Shown: positions 37,969 through 47,964 of the stretch, in pieces | Layout of the letters: every line of letters starts with the position of its first letter | Numbering within the stretch: position 1 is the stretch's first letter | From: Candidatus Gastranaerophilales bacterium | GTDB lineage: Bacteria; Cyanobacteriota; Vampirovibrionia; Gastranaerophilales; Gastranaerophilaceae | Assembly (NCBI GenBank): GCA_947588745.1 | Contig: CANPYW010000008.1 | Span: forward strand, 446-64,445 | Length of the DNA: 64,000 nucleotides | Direction of reading: 5' to 3' | Made by a program: the position numbers and the translations under genes | Notes under the pieces: generated by a model | Database searches by the model: none | What the model was told of the DNA's origin: nothing | Seen by the model: the letters and a program-made list of their open reading frames with translations, nothing else

Positions 37969-38838
37969 TTATTTCTTCTTGTGTTTGAGGTTATTTCTCA
38001 AATCGATAAAAGGCCCGTTGTACGGATTTCGAACATATCTGTAGTAGTTTCTCGCATAAGTAAACGGATATTTCGGAAGCCAGCTGAATTTCAACAAAAT
38101 AGATACGGTTTCCGCACCTTGAGAAAACATTAACTGGTCAATTGTTTCTTCATGTGCCGGTGATATGGATGAAATTAACTTAACTAAATAATCGGTAAAA
38201 GTAATAACGGAATATCCGGACATTACCCCCGTATTAACAACCAAATCCGATATTCTGAACTTTGATGTATCATCAAGCTCCGTTAAATCTTTTGATAAAG
38301 AAAGTGTTTCTTTGGAAATATTTTCTATTTCAAACCATTCACCCATATATTGTAATCTCATCAGGTTTGGTTTAGGCATATATATATCTTCATATTCATT
38401 TTCAAGAATAATATTTCCCTTAAAGTCGGCTACACCGTATTTATAATTATCATAAGTTAAAAGCATTCCGCCGAAAAGCAATTCAATGGCATCATATACG
38501 GGAGGCAATATCGTTTCGCCCGTTTCGTCATACATTCCGTAATCACCGTAATTGCCTAATTTTGCGTATTTCCCCAGCACTCTTTCCGCATGCCTGTATT
38601 TTAGCGGCACAAGCACGTTACCGCACAAATCAACAATTCCGTATTTATTCTTTTTTTGAACGAGGTAAGATTTATCGCCCAAGCGGATTATTTTTGAATA
38701 AATCGGTTGTATTACGACATTTTGATTTTCATCTTTAACTCCAAACTTTTTATCCTCGGAAAAAACAGTATCTTGTGCAAAAGATGAATTTTGAAATATT
38801 AAAAATATAAAACAAACAATATATAAAAACTTTTTCAT
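37969..38838 (-). CDS. Secreted WG-repeat (KWG / WG_beta_rep) protein
   Basis: 289 aa. Signal peptide ...FQNSSFA|QD. Repeats KFGVKDENQNVVIQPIYSKI, KYGIVDLCGNVLVPLKYRH, YGMYDETGETILPPVYDAI and KYGVADFKGNIILENEYEDI. Confidence 0.7.
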   Translation of the reverse strand: MKKFLYIVCFIFLIFQNSSFAQDTVFSEDKKFGVKDENQNVVIQPIYSKIIRLGDKSYLVQKKNKYGIVDLCGNVLVPLKYRHAERVLGKYAKLGNYGDYGMYDETGETILPPVYDAIELLFGGMLLTYDNYKYGVADFKGNIILENEYEDIYMPKPNLMRLQYMGEWFEIENISKETLSLSKDLTELDDTSKFRISDLVVNTGVMSGYSVITFTDYLVKLISSISPAHEETIDQLMFSQGAETVSILLKFSWLPKYPFTYARNYYRYVRNPYNGPFIDLRNNLKHKKK

Positions 38839-38863
38839 GATTTAATTATATCATGGAGATATT

Positions 38864-41653
38864 ATGTTTAGATTAGTTGTTAAAATATTATTATGTGCTG
38901 TAATTATATCCATATTTGCAGTTTGTGCCGCAACAATCGGATATTTAAAAATATTACCAAAAGTTGTCGAAAACAATAAAGTAATTAATAAAGCCGAACA
39001 ACTTGCAAATAAATACACTGATTTAGATTTGGAGATAAAATCGCCCAAACTTGTAACAAGTTTATCACCCGTTATCGAATTTTCCGTCGGCACTTTAAAA
39101 ATGAGCAAGGATAATAATCTCCTTCTTGATTTGGAAAACATTGAAACTTCAATTTCATTTAAAGAAATTTTTCAAAAAAAGATTATTATAAATAAACTTG
39201 GTGCGGATAAAATTTATGCCGACATAAACAAAGTTATAAACGCTTTTTCAAAAGAAGATAATGAAGAACCGATAAAATCGGATTGGATAATTGACTTTTA
39301 CAATTCGATTTTATTCATAAACGACAGCCATATTATATATAAACCCGATAAAAATACAAAAATACGGCTTAAAGCTTCAGGTATCAAACTTGATAATACA
39401 ATAAGCGATAACAAACACCTTCATTTTAATTTGGATGCAAATATTTCGAATGCAACAAGCAATGTTGATATTGCATTTAATGACGAAAATAAGGTCATTG
39501 TGAATGATGACCATATATCAATAAAAGATTGTCCATTTATTATCAATAAATCAAAAATGTTTTTTGATGCAATAATCAATCAGGATAATACATTTAATGT
39601 TGAAGTATATGCGAATAAATTTTTTATTCCCGACGTTATAAAACTTTTACAAACAAATATTGTGCCCAACAACATTAATGACATACTTTTATACTTAAAA
39701 GACATAAAAGGTGATTTTGATTTCAGAGTAAAGATTACCGATAAATCCTTAACCGGAAACGTGAATATTAACAAATGTTCTTCTTTACTTGTACCGCTAG
39801 CGGATATGCCCGTTGCCATTTCCGGCGGAAATATTATAATCAAAGAAAAAGATATCGATTTAAAGAATTTTAAGGGTTATTACGCTAATAAAAAGAGCAA
39901 TGAAATTTCTTTTGACGGAAAAGTTAAAGACTATATGAAAACCGCCGAAACAAATATTGATATGAAAGCCCGACTCACAAGTGACTTTGTAGACAAATAT
40001 TTGTCAAAAACGGCAAAGTTAAAACTGGCATTAAAAGGAAGCTCAAATGCTTTAATTCTTATTCATACACTGGGAACCAACGTTGATGTATCTTTAATGG
40101 GTAAAATAGCCAAAGGATATGATATTCTTGCAGAAGGTGCATCGTTTAGCCCCATAAACTATGACAGAGCTTTAAGAGCGGATATTCACGTTAAAGGCGA
40201 TAATCTTAATATTGAAGAAATAAAATATTTTATCGGAAAAGAGCTTAATAAAGACTCTAAAGGGAAAGTTAAACCTATTTTAACATTGGACGGGAACATA
40301 AGAATTTCGGACGGCAAAATTTTGGATTTGGGCTTTGACGTAAAAAATCCGCTGCCGAGTGAATTTTTAAATATATTAATAAGTCAAAAATTATTCAGAG
40401 GCGGTAAATTTTCGGGTTATTTGAAAATGCTCAACGCAAAAGGCGACTATCCCAAAATAAAAGGTAATATTATTGCCGATAAAATAGGTATTCCGAGCCA
40501 AAGATTATTCCTTAATCATGGTGAATTTTCAACCGATAAAGAAGAACTTCACGTTAATGCGGACGGTAAATACAGAAGATGCCATTATACATTTAACGGA
40601 AATGTCTTAAACGAAATTAAATTTCCGATTGTTATAACATCAACAAATCTTACAATTGATGACGTAAATATAGAAAAAGTTATGAAATCACTTTCAAAAC
40701 CGCCAAAACCCGTTGAGAAAATAAGTAATGTTTATGTGGAAGAAGCAGCTTTGGAAGATAACGAAAGCGATGAAAGTGATGAAGAACCGTTTGAGTTTGA
40801 TTTTGATAATATCATTGTTCAAAATGCGGTTGTGAAAATATTAAAAGGCGAATATAAAGACATTAAATTTTCAAATGTTATCGCAAATATGTCATTAAAA
40901 GAAAGTATTTTCAAATTAAAATCGAACAGGTTTGAAATAGCCGACGGACACTCATCTGCCGATATTAACTGTGATTTAAAAAAACAGAAATACGATGTTA
41001 AATTGGGAATTAAAGATGTTAATTCGGATATCATGTCCACAACTATTTTAAATCTTCCCAAAGAAATTTCGGGCAAAGCAAGCGGATTAATTCATTTATA
41101 TACGGATGCTTCACTAAAACTTAACGGTAATATTAAATTCGCAATAAAAGACGGTACAATACAAAAAATCGGACTGGTCGAATATGTACTTAAATTTGCC
41201 GCACTTTTCAGAAATCCTTTTGCAATGATTAGTCCCTCCGTATTTGCGGATTTGGTTAATATCCCGGAAGGAAATTTTGATAAAATTACCGGTGATTTAA
41301 TAATGAAAGACAATGTAATACAGCTTATGAAAATAAAATCCTATTCACCTTATCTTAGTGCGTTTATAATCGGCAGCTATAACCTTGAAAATTGCGATGC
41401 CATTTTAAGAATTTATACTAAATTCACAAATAAAAAGAAAGGCTTTGCGGGATTTTTAAGATATATTTCACTAAGCAGCCTTGCAAACAGAATTCCTTTA
41501 AACAGCAGAAATGACAGCAACTATTATGAAGCCGAATTATCCCAGCTTCCGGATATTGAAGCCGACGAGAAAGACTGTCAGGTATTCTTAACCAAAGTTG
41601 ACGGAGATATCGAACATAACAACTTTATATCTTCTCTAAAGAAAATAAAATAA
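38864..41653 (+). CDS. AsmA-family protein, paralogue 2
   Basis: 929 aa. SD GGAG. N-terminal TM anchor (ILLCAVIISIFAVCAATIGYL). N-terminus LPKVVENNKVINKAEQLANKYTDLDLEIK parallels LPPVLNSSKVRFKAERLLKEKTNLDLITK of paralogue 1. C-terminus KITGDLIMKDNVIQLMKIKSYSPYLSAFIIGSYNLENCDAILRIYTKF. Confidence 0.6.
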   Translation: MFRLVVKILLCAVIISIFAVCAATIGYLKILPKVVENNKVINKAEQLANKYTDLDLEIKSPKLVTSLSPVIEFSVGTLKMSKDNNLLLDLENIETSISFKEIFQKKIIINKLGADKIYADINKVINAFSKEDNEEPIKSDWIIDFYNSILFINDSHIIYKPDKNTKIRLKASGIKLDNTISDNKHLHFNLDANISNATSNVDIAFNDENKVIVNDDHISIKDCPFIINKSKMFFDAIINQDNTFNVEVYANKFFIPDVIKLLQTNIVPNNINDILLYLKDIKGDFDFRVKITDKSLTGNVNINKCSSLLVPLADMPVAISGGNIIIKEKDIDLKNFKGYYANKKSNEISFDGKVKDYMKTAETNIDMKARLTSDFVDKYLSKTAKLKLALKGSSNALILIHTLGTNVDVSLMGKIAKGYDILAEGASFSPINYDRALRADIHVKGDNLNIEEIKYFIGKELNKDSKGKVKPILTLDGNIRISDGKILDLGFDVKNPLPSEFLNILISQKLFRGGKFSGYLKMLNAKGDYPKIKGNIIADKIGIPSQRLFLNHGEFSTDKEELHVNADGKYRRCHYTFNGNVLNEIKFPIVITSTNLTIDDVNIEKVMKSLSKPPKPVEKISNVYVEEAALEDNESDESDEEPFEFDFDNIIVQNAVVKILKGEYKDIKFSNVIANMSLKESIFKLKSNRFEIADGHSSADINCDLKKQKYDVKLGIKDVNSDIMSTTILNLPKEISGKASGLIHLYTDASLKLNGNIKFAIKDGTIQKIGLVEYVLKFAALFRNPFAMISPSVFADLVNIPEGNFDKITGDLIMKDNVIQLMKIKSYSPYLSAFIIGSYNLENCDAILRIYTKFTNKKKGFAGFLRYISLSSLANRIPLNSRNDSNYYEAELSQLPDIEADEKDCQVFLTKVDGDIEHNNFISSLKKIK

Positions 41654-41657
41654 GCGG

Positions 41658-41909
41658 TTAATCAATAACGGCTTCAAAAGCAATTATATGGTCATCACAA
41701 ATGCAGACACTATCTCTGTGTTCGGTCCGTTTGCAATCGTTCGTAAACATCATATCAACATTTTCAAGGCATACAATATCTTCGTCATCATAATCTTCAA
41801 CAAGACAGCCTACGGCACAAAATTTAGAAGTACATATTCTGACCTTTTTGGTACATTTTTTATTCATTAAATCAATCAGCGATTTCTTTTTATTTCTCAT
41901 TTCATTCAT
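41658..41909 (-). CDS. Small Cys-rich protein (83 aa), function unknown
   Basis: 8 Cys in 83 aa (CTKKVRICTSKFCAVGC...C...C...CIC) and an acidic DYDDED stretch. No signal peptide. Confidence 0.35.
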   Translation of the reverse strand: MNEMRNKKKSLIDLMNKKCTKKVRICTSKFCAVGCLVEDYDDEDIVCLENVDMMFTNDCKRTEHRDSVCICDDHIIAFEAVID

Positions 41910-42047
41910 TCCTAACCCTATTTATACATACAGGACTATAGACCAAAATTTAAAATAAAACATTATATTAAAGTATTAATCGGTTTATCTGATGTTTTCT
42001 TTTGTAAATTTTTAAATAATATATGAAGATATCAAAAAGGAGAATGT

Positions 42048-42599
42048 ATGGCTATTATAAATTATGATAATTCCGAAAAAATATTTTTATCAGAGGGAAC
42101 ATTTCTTATTGCCATCGGTTTAATGACAATATATTTATCCCAAATTTCGGAATTCCTTTTCGCTACCCTGTTCAGCTTAGGTTTGGTTTTTATCGGTTTA
42201 TACAAACTTATTAATTCGATTATAACGGGAAGAAATATCGTTAACCCTTTTTTATCAATAATTTCTGCATTGTTTCTTATGCTGACGGGAATTTATTTAA
42301 TATTAAATCCGATATTTGAAATCGTATTTCTCATAATCGGAACCATGATGTATCTTTTGATTGACAGTCTTGTTTCTTTTACCGCAGCGGTCGAAGCTAA
42401 AAGTCAAAAACCAATATTTTGGATAAGTGTATTTACAGGTCTTATTCAATTGGCACTTGCCGTTGCGGTATTTTATGCTTCACCCTTTTACGCCCTATGG
42501 ATTAGCGGGCTTGCTTTGGGTATTGATTTTGTTTTTGCGGGAATTTTGTACATTGCAAAATACTCATATTCAAAAAAACTCGCATACTGCACTTGCTAA
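42048..42599 (+). CDS. Multi-pass membrane protein, DUF308/HdeD-like (tentative)
   Basis: 183 aa. SD AAGGAG. Six evenly spaced hydrophobic helices with short loops, as in the HdeD family. Confidence 0.45.
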   Translation: MAIINYDNSEKIFLSEGTFLIAIGLMTIYLSQISEFLFATLFSLGLVFIGLYKLINSIITGRNIVNPFLSIISALFLMLTGIYLILNPIFEIVFLIIGTMMYLLIDSLVSFTAAVEAKSQKPIFWISVFTGLIQLALAVAVFYASPFYALWISGLALGIDFVFAGILYIAKYSYSKKLAYCTC

Positions 42600-42627
42600 A
42601 AAAACACACAATTTCAATACCTCTAAT

Positions 42628-42655
42628 AAAAGAGCCTGATAAACAGGCTCTTTTT
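42628..42655. terminator. Bidirectional rho-independent terminator
   Basis: AAAAGAGCCTG-ATAAA-CAGGCTCTTTTT, an 11-bp stem between convergent genes. Confidence 0.65.
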
Positions 42656-43431
42656 CATTTGATTTCAAGAAGTAAATTGGTAAATTCAATATCATCAAAA
42701 TCTATTGCGGATGTTTTATATAAATTACGCCCCGTCTTAATTGTTATATTATTTGGTTGATTAAATTTTATTAAATTATATGGAATATTAATTTTTTGAT
42801 TATCGCCATTTATTTTGACATCCGCTATCTTATTATTGTTGAAAAATATCTCCGGCGAACTTGAATATGCGGTTAATACGTTCGACTGCCCCAATCTTTG
42901 AGCCTGAATTGTATCTATTCCGATTATTGAACCGATAACTAACGATAAAGTATCTTTTGGAGAAAATTGTTTAATATTAAAATCTTTTGAATAAAACGAC
43001 CCCATTGACTTAATACTAAATTCGGAAGCATTTGCACTTCGATGAGAAAAAGAATTATCACCAATATGAATCATATCCGTATCAACAATAATATCCTTAT
43101 TCGTCGTTTTTTCTATTCCGATATTTATCGTATCTTTAAAATCTTTTCCGAGTGTCATTGAATAAGGCTTGTAACCGGATTTTTCAAGCGACATTATTGT
43201 AGGTGCATTTATCTTTGTACCAAGTTGAAACGAACCGTTTTTATCCGTTTTTACGGAAAAATTTTTTGCAGGAATTTTTATTAATACACCTTCTATAGGT
43301 ATATGTGTATTTGCATCATATATCTGATTTATATCGGTTCTTATCCGTTTTGAAACTTCGCCCGTTATCGTCTTTGCGAAACAAGGCATTACTGACATCA
43401 TAAACACCGTTAATAATACTATACTCTTCAT
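42655..43431 (-). CDS. Secreted protein with CarboxypepD_reg-like beta-sandwich N-domain
   Basis: 258 aa. Signal peptide ...SVMPCFA|KT. ITGEV...IPIEGVLIKIPAKNFSVKTDKNGSFQL matches the carboxypeptidase-regulatory-like fold pattern. Confidence 0.45.
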   Translation of the reverse strand: MKSIVLLTVFMMSVMPCFAKTITGEVSKRIRTDINQIYDANTHIPIEGVLIKIPAKNFSVKTDKNGSFQLGTKINAPTIMSLEKSGYKPYSMTLGKDFKDTINIGIEKTTNKDIIVDTDMIHIGDNSFSHRSANASEFSIKSMGSFYSKDFNIKQFSPKDTLSLVIGSIIGIDTIQAQRLGQSNVLTAYSSSPEIFFNNNKIADVKINGDNQKINIPYNLIKFNQPNNITIKTGRNLYKTSAIDFDDIEFTNLLLEIK

Positions 43432-43497
43432 CTTTTCACCTTTTTTTACAGTGTAGTAAAGAATATAATATTTTTTATTAACGAACCGAATATAACT

Positions 43498-44577
43498 TTA
43501 AGCTAATATATTAGATGTTATAATATCACCTATTTGAGAAGTACCCGCAAGTTTTAAACCGGGTTCATAAATATCTTTTGTTCTGTACCCGTCTTTTAAT
43601 GCTTTTCTGACGGCATTTTCCACATCTTTATACGCATTATCCATATTAAACGAATACTTTAACATCATAGCACCCGATAATACGGCTGCAATCGGATTAA
43701 CAACATTTTGACCTTTTAAATCCGGAGCACTGCCATGTATCGGCTCATACATTGCCGATTTACCATCGGATAACGAAGCACTCGGAAGCAGCCCCAACGA
43801 ACCCGGCAACATCGAAGCTTCATCGGATAAGATATCTCCGAATATATTTCCTGTTAATATTACATCAAATTGCTTGGGATTTCTTATTATCTGCATGGCG
43901 GCGTTATCAACGTACATAAAAGAAAGCTCAACTTCCGGATACTCTTTTGATACTTCCGTTGTAACTTCTCTCCATAATCTTGATACATCAAGAACGTTTG
44001 CTTTGTCTACGGAACACAATTTTTTATTACGCTGCATGGCAACACGAAATGCAACATGTGCTATTCTTCTTATCTCGCTTTCGTAATAGCACATATTATT
44101 AAATCCGAATTTTTCGTTATTCCTTATTTCTATCCCTTTTGGAGTTCCGAAATATACATCACCCGTTAACTCACGCACTATCATTATATCCGTACCCGAT
44201 ACTATTTCAGACTTTAAAGGTGATATATGTGTCAATTCCGGATAAACTACGGCAGGACGGAGATTGGAAAAAAGATTTAATTCTTTTCTTATGCCCAATA
44301 AAGCTCTTTCGGGACGCACCTCGGGAGGAAGTTTATCATATTTCCAATCTCCTACGGCACCCAATAATACGGCATCAGCCTCTTTGGCGGTTTCAAGAGT
44401 AACATCGGGCAACGGAGTTTTATATACATCATAAGCACACCCGCCGATTAATTGAGGTTCAAACTCAAAATCAACGGAATATTTATTACCTACGGCTTTT
44501 AATACTTTTACCGCTTCGTCGGTAACCTCTTTACCCGTACCGTCACCGGCAAGAAGTGCTATTTTATATGATTTCAT
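43498..44577 (-). CDS. leuB: 3-isopropylmalate dehydrogenase
   Basis: 359 aa. [49 protein letters not shown] and GSAPD. Confidence 0.92.
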   Translation of the reverse strand: MKSYKIALLAGDGTGKEVTDEAVKVLKAVGNKYSVDFEFEPQLIGGCAYDVYKTPLPDVTLETAKEADAVLLGAVGDWKYDKLPPEVRPERALLGIRKELNLFSNLRPAVVYPELTHISPLKSEIVSGTDIMIVRELTGDVYFGTPKGIEIRNNEKFGFNNMCYYESEIRRIAHVAFRVAMQRNKKLCSVDKANVLDVSRLWREVTTEVSKEYPEVELSFMYVDNAAMQIIRNPKQFDVILTGNIFGDILSDEASMLPGSLGLLPSASLSDGKSAMYEPIHGSAPDLKGQNVVNPIAAVLSGAMMLKYSFNMDNAYKDVENAVRKALKDGYRTKDIYEPGLKLAGTSQIGDIITSNILA

Positions 44578-44596
44578 TTTGACCTCCGCACCAAAT

Positions 44597-45634
44597 TTAT
44601 CTTCTGTATGACATATTTTTACTCTTATCGTTTTTTAAATTAAAAAATACATTATACAAAAATCTATTCTTAATTAAATCTGATTCCCCGACTTGCCTGT
44701 TTTGAAGTACATAGGAAAAAAAGCTATAAGTAAGTAAATTTACATTAAATTCTTTCGCCTTATATTTAAAATAGTCATCTAATAAAAATATATGCTCTGA
44801 TACATCCTTATTATTGTATTTTTGTGCATATTGTACTTCAATATCAACGGCAACGGTAGTTATACCATAATCTCTTACCAGAAAGAAGAATTTGTCCACT
44901 TCATCAAGATTATCATTATACCCAGGAACTATTACATATTTTAAAATAAAATTTTCTTTATTACTACCCACAGCTTCAATATACCTTTTTATGGTATTTA
45001 ACACATTATCAAAAGCATCAACTTGTTTTATTTTTTTGTAAGTTTCTCTGCAACCGGAATCAATTGAAATTACAACCGAACCATTATTATGCTTTAATGC
45101 TTCTACAACTTTATCACTGCATTTTATCCCGCTTGTATGGACACGAATTTTTGTTCCGTTTGTAATAAATAAGTCAACAAGATTATCAAAATTAAGCATT
45201 ATTGTAGGCTCCCCGCCCTGCATGGTTGCCTCACCGCCCGGTTCATAATAACCTTTGTCAATTAAATCTTTTATTACCGGATATGTATCATAATTTTTTG
45301 TGCCTGAACTGTACAAATCAGAACAATAAACACATTTTGCATTACACATTCTGCTATGTGAAAAATGAAACTCTTTTATCTTCTTTTCACCTGAAAACTG
45401 ATAATCATTAAGATGATAGCAGCCTTCACAATCATATATTGTTTTTTCCTGTTGCATTTTTATTCTGCGGGCTTTTACTTCAAAAAGTTTTTCCCAATCA
45501 ATTAGCTCACCATGATAATTTTTGATTAACTTTGGAAGCCCTCTTCCGTCATTATGAGAAATACAACAGTCACAAACTGTATCTAAATCAAAATTTATAC
45601 CTTTTTCTAAAAAACTGCATCCAAATTTATTCAT
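44597..45634 (-). CDS. Radical SAM protein with an N-terminal Cys-rich extension, function unknown
   Basis: ORF 45664 (TTG) trimmed to ATG 45634 (GGAG 7 nt upstream). CNAKCVYCS (CxxxCxxC) plus GGEPT. About 95 aa before the cluster carries 7 further Cys (CSF...CDCC...CEGC). Confidence 0.75.
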   Translation of the reverse strand: MNKFGCSFLEKGINFDLDTVCDCCISHNDGRGLPKLIKNYHGELIDWEKLFEVKARRIKMQQEKTIYDCEGCYHLNDYQFSGEKKIKEFHFSHSRMCNAKCVYCSDLYSSGTKNYDTYPVIKDLIDKGYYEPGGEATMQGGEPTIMLNFDNLVDLFITNGTKIRVHTSGIKCSDKVVEALKHNNGSVVISIDSGCRETYKKIKQVDAFDNVLNTIKRYIEAVGSNKENFILKYVIVPGYNDNLDEVDKFFFLVRDYGITTVAVDIEVQYAQKYNNKDVSEHIFLLDDYFKYKAKEFNVNLLTYSFFSYVLQNRQVGESDLIKNRFLYNVFFNLKNDKSKNMSYRR

Positions 45635-45643
45635 TTTTACTCC

Positions 45644-45678
45644 AATAAAAAAAGAACAACCCAATTGGTTGTTCTTTT
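45644..45678 (-). terminator. Rho-independent terminator after rplU-rpmA
   Basis: On the minus strand: AAAAGAACAACC-loop-GGTTGTTCTTTTTTTATT, a 12-bp stem, 15 nt after the rpmA stop. Confidence 0.65.
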
Positions 45679-45692
45679 AGTTAAATTGCAAT

Positions 45693-45950
45693 CTATTCAG
45701 CGGCATATACGCTGACTTGTTTTCTGTCACGTCTGTTAGGTTCAAATTTCACCACGCCGTCAATTAACGCAAATAAGGTATAATCTTTTCCCATACCTAC
45801 ATTAACTCCCGGATGTATTTTTGTACCTTTTTGACGCATAATTATATTTCCTGATGTAACAAATTCACCACCGAATTTTTTTACACCTAATCTTTTACTT
45901 TTACTGTCACGACCGTTCTTTGTCGAGCCGCCGCCCTTCTTATGTGCCAT
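45693..45950 (-). CDS. rpmA: 50S ribosomal protein L27
   Basis: 85 aa. [24 protein letters not shown]...[15 protein letters not shown]. Confidence 0.95.
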   Translation of the reverse strand: MAHKKGGGSTKNGRDSKSKRLGVKKFGGEFVTSGNIIMRQKGTKIHPGVNVGMGKDYTLFALIDGVVKFEPNRRDRKQVSVYAAE

Positions 45951-45976
45951 TTTATATTCTCCTTATATTATGCTTT

Positions 45977-46330
45977 TTATTCTTCTTCAGAAGCAGCTTC
46001 CTCTGCTTTACCTTTCGCACTGGTTCTGATTTTGTTTATCATCACCCTTGTAAAGTTTTGTCTGTGACCTTGTTTTTTTCTGTAGCCTTTTTTAGCTCTT
46101 TGCTTATATACTATAACTTTTTTTGCTTTGCCATGTTTTACTACAGTACCTTCAACACTTGCATTTTTTACATAAGGTTGACCTACTTTAGATTTTTTTC
46201 CATTAACAAGCATAATAATGTTTTCAAAAACAACTTTAGACTCTGCTTCATCTTCAAGTAATTCAATATCAACATAACGACCTTCCGTTACTTGATATTG
46301 CTTACCGCCTGTTTCAATAATTGCAAACAT
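45977..46330 (-). CDS. rplU: 50S ribosomal protein L21 (with short acidic C-terminal tail)
   Basis: 117 aa. [17 protein letters not shown]...[21 protein letters not shown]. Confidence 0.93.
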   Translation of the reverse strand: MFAIIETGGKQYQVTEGRYVDIELLEDEAESKVVFENIIMLVNGKKSKVGQPYVKNASVEGTVVKHGKAKKVIVYKQRAKKGYRKKQGHRQNFTRVMINKIRTSAKGKAEEAASEEE

Positions 46331-46421
46331 TTTATATTCCTTTCACTTGAGGTAATCGTAGCTTACGCATTTATTAACGATATACCTATCTACATACATG
46401 TACACTATGTACACTAATTTT

Positions 46422-46450
46422 AGTTTAACTTGCTGAAAAACCATTGTCAA
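46422..46450 (-). promoter_or_regulatory. Candidate sigma70 promoter for rplU-rpmA
   Basis: Minus strand TTGACA-N17-TAAACT, about 90 nt upstream of the rplU ATG and directly downstream of the rpsA terminator. Confidence 0.45.
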
Positions 46451-46503
46451 TAAGATTTTTAACAGGAAACCAAAAGTGTTTACACATTTAATTCGAATTT
46501 TTT

Positions 46504-46534
46504 AGAAAAAAAAGAGAAGATTTTTATCTTCTCT
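46504..46534 (-). terminator. Rho-independent terminator of rpsA
   Basis: Minus strand AGAGAAGAT-AAAA-ATCTTCTCT followed by T8, beginning right after the rpsA stop. Confidence 0.7.
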
Positions 46535-47590
46535 TTATTCACTTTGAAAACTTAAACTTATTCTTCTGTCATCAGGGTTAAACTTTAATATCTTAGTTTG
46601 AACAACATCTCCGACTTTCAATATAACTTCTTTTTTATTTTGGTATTCAATTAAATCTTTTTCTTGGAGCAAAGCCTCAACCCCCGGATATACTTCAACA
46701 AACGCACCAAAATGTTTTAATCTGGTGATTGTACCGTTTACAATATCTCCGTCTTTAAACTTATCTTTTGCTTCCAGCCAGGGATCTTTTTCAAGATTTT
46801 TTAAACTTAAACTTACTCTTTGTTTATCTTGATCAATAACAATAACTTCGACATTAATTATATCACCGACTTTTAATATATCAGACGGATGATCAACCCA
46901 TCTCCACGATAATTGAGAGAGAGGAAGCAATGCATCAACACCCCCGATATCAATAAATGCACCGAAATCTGTAATTCTTACTACTTCACCTTTAACAACC
47001 TGTCCGACTTCAAGCGTATCAAATAAATCTTTTTTGTTAACATCTTTATCATCGGCATAAACTTTTCTGTTGGATAATATAAAATTCCCCTGTGAAACAT
47101 CCATTGTAAGGATTTTCAACTCTAACTTTTCACCGATTATATTTTCATTTGATTTTAGTTTTAAGTGGCTTGAAGGAACAAAACCTCTTACACCTTTAAC
47201 ATCAACCAACACTCCGCCTCTGACGGAAGAAACAACAACACCTTCAACCGTAGCATCTTCAGCCTTAAGTTGTTCAAGTTCACGCCAGCTGTATGCTTGT
47301 GCAACTTTTTTATACGAAAGCATAAACCTTCCATCTTCATCTTCTTCTTTTATGATTAAAAATTCATACTGTTGGTTTTTCTTTAAAGTATCCTCAATAG
47401 ATGTATTCTTATCCATAACTGCTTCTTTTTCGGGTACGTAAGCGGAAGTTTTAGCACCTATGTCTACAATCGCACCGGATGAGTCATAAGAACAGACAAT
47501 TCCTTTAACCAAATCGCCTTTTTGAAAACTATAATCGTAATTAGCTAATAATGCTTCAAATTCAGCATCGGAATAATTTTTTTCTGTCAT
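46535..47590 (-). CDS. rpsA: 30S ribosomal protein S1 (short, four S1 domains)
   Basis: 351 aa. Four S1/OB repeats (GDLVKGIV..., VEGVVVSSVRGGVLVDVKGVRGFVPSSH, GQVVKGEVVRITDFGAFIDIGGVDALLPLSQLS, GDIVNGTITRLKHFGAFVEV). Confidence 0.88.
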   Translation of the reverse strand: MTEKNYSDAEFEALLANYDYSFQKGDLVKGIVCSYDSSGAIVDIGAKTSAYVPEKEAVMDKNTSIEDTLKKNQQYEFLIIKEEDEDGRFMLSYKKVAQAYSWRELEQLKAEDATVEGVVVSSVRGGVLVDVKGVRGFVPSSHLKLKSNENIIGEKLELKILTMDVSQGNFILSNRKVYADDKDVNKKDLFDTLEVGQVVKGEVVRITDFGAFIDIGGVDALLPLSQLSWRWVDHPSDILKVGDIINVEVIVIDQDKQRVSLSLKNLEKDPWLEAKDKFKDGDIVNGTITRLKHFGAFVEVYPGVEALLQEKDLIEYQNKKEVILKVGDVVQTKILKFNPDDRRISLSFQSE

Positions 47591-47964
47591 CTTTTTCTTA
47601 CCTCTTTACTCTGTAGACATTTATTTATTATTCACTTATTTTACAATTTTTTCTACATTTTGTAAACCTTTTGAGAATTTTATATTCTATAAACCGAATA
47701 ATTACAAGTATTATTAGTTTACAATATAAAAAACAATCATTATTAAGTAAATACCCACGCTTTTTTAAAGTACATTACAACGGTTCTTATCCTTTTTAGC
47801 TCTAATTTTTTTTAATTAAAGGATACTATTTAATACTTTTATCGTTTTAATCTTCATAAAATTTAACATTTATATTTGCTTAAATTAAAATTAAAAAAAT
47901 ACAGAATTAATCATTAATTTATTACCAAAATTTTTCGTAATATAATACGGGAGGGGTAGTTTTT

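Noticed and set aside
45920-46261. 113-aa plus-strand ORF
   Set aside because: It is antisense to rpmA and rplU, which are unambiguous.
47070-47441. 123-aa plus-strand ORF
   Set aside because: It is antisense to rpsA. The same reasoning applies to 11617..11991 and 12235..12456 (antisense to the permease), 38851..39141 (antisense to the AsmA paralogue 2 start) and the short ORFs inside recG, the cyclase, the giant gene and the AsmA genes.
47640-47724. TGTAAAC (47661) ... GTTTACA (47718) and TTTACAA/TTGTAAA (47640/47660) half-sites upstream of bioA-bioD, considered as a BirA bio-operator
   Set aside because: The BirA-type inverted repeat TGTAAAC/GTTTACA is separated by 50 nt, whereas the operators I know use about 15. 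The closer 7-bp pair (13-nt spacer) is AT-rich and could be chance. The sites also lie more than 240 nt upstream of the bioA ATG. It is worth a motif scan but not supportable from the sequence alone.
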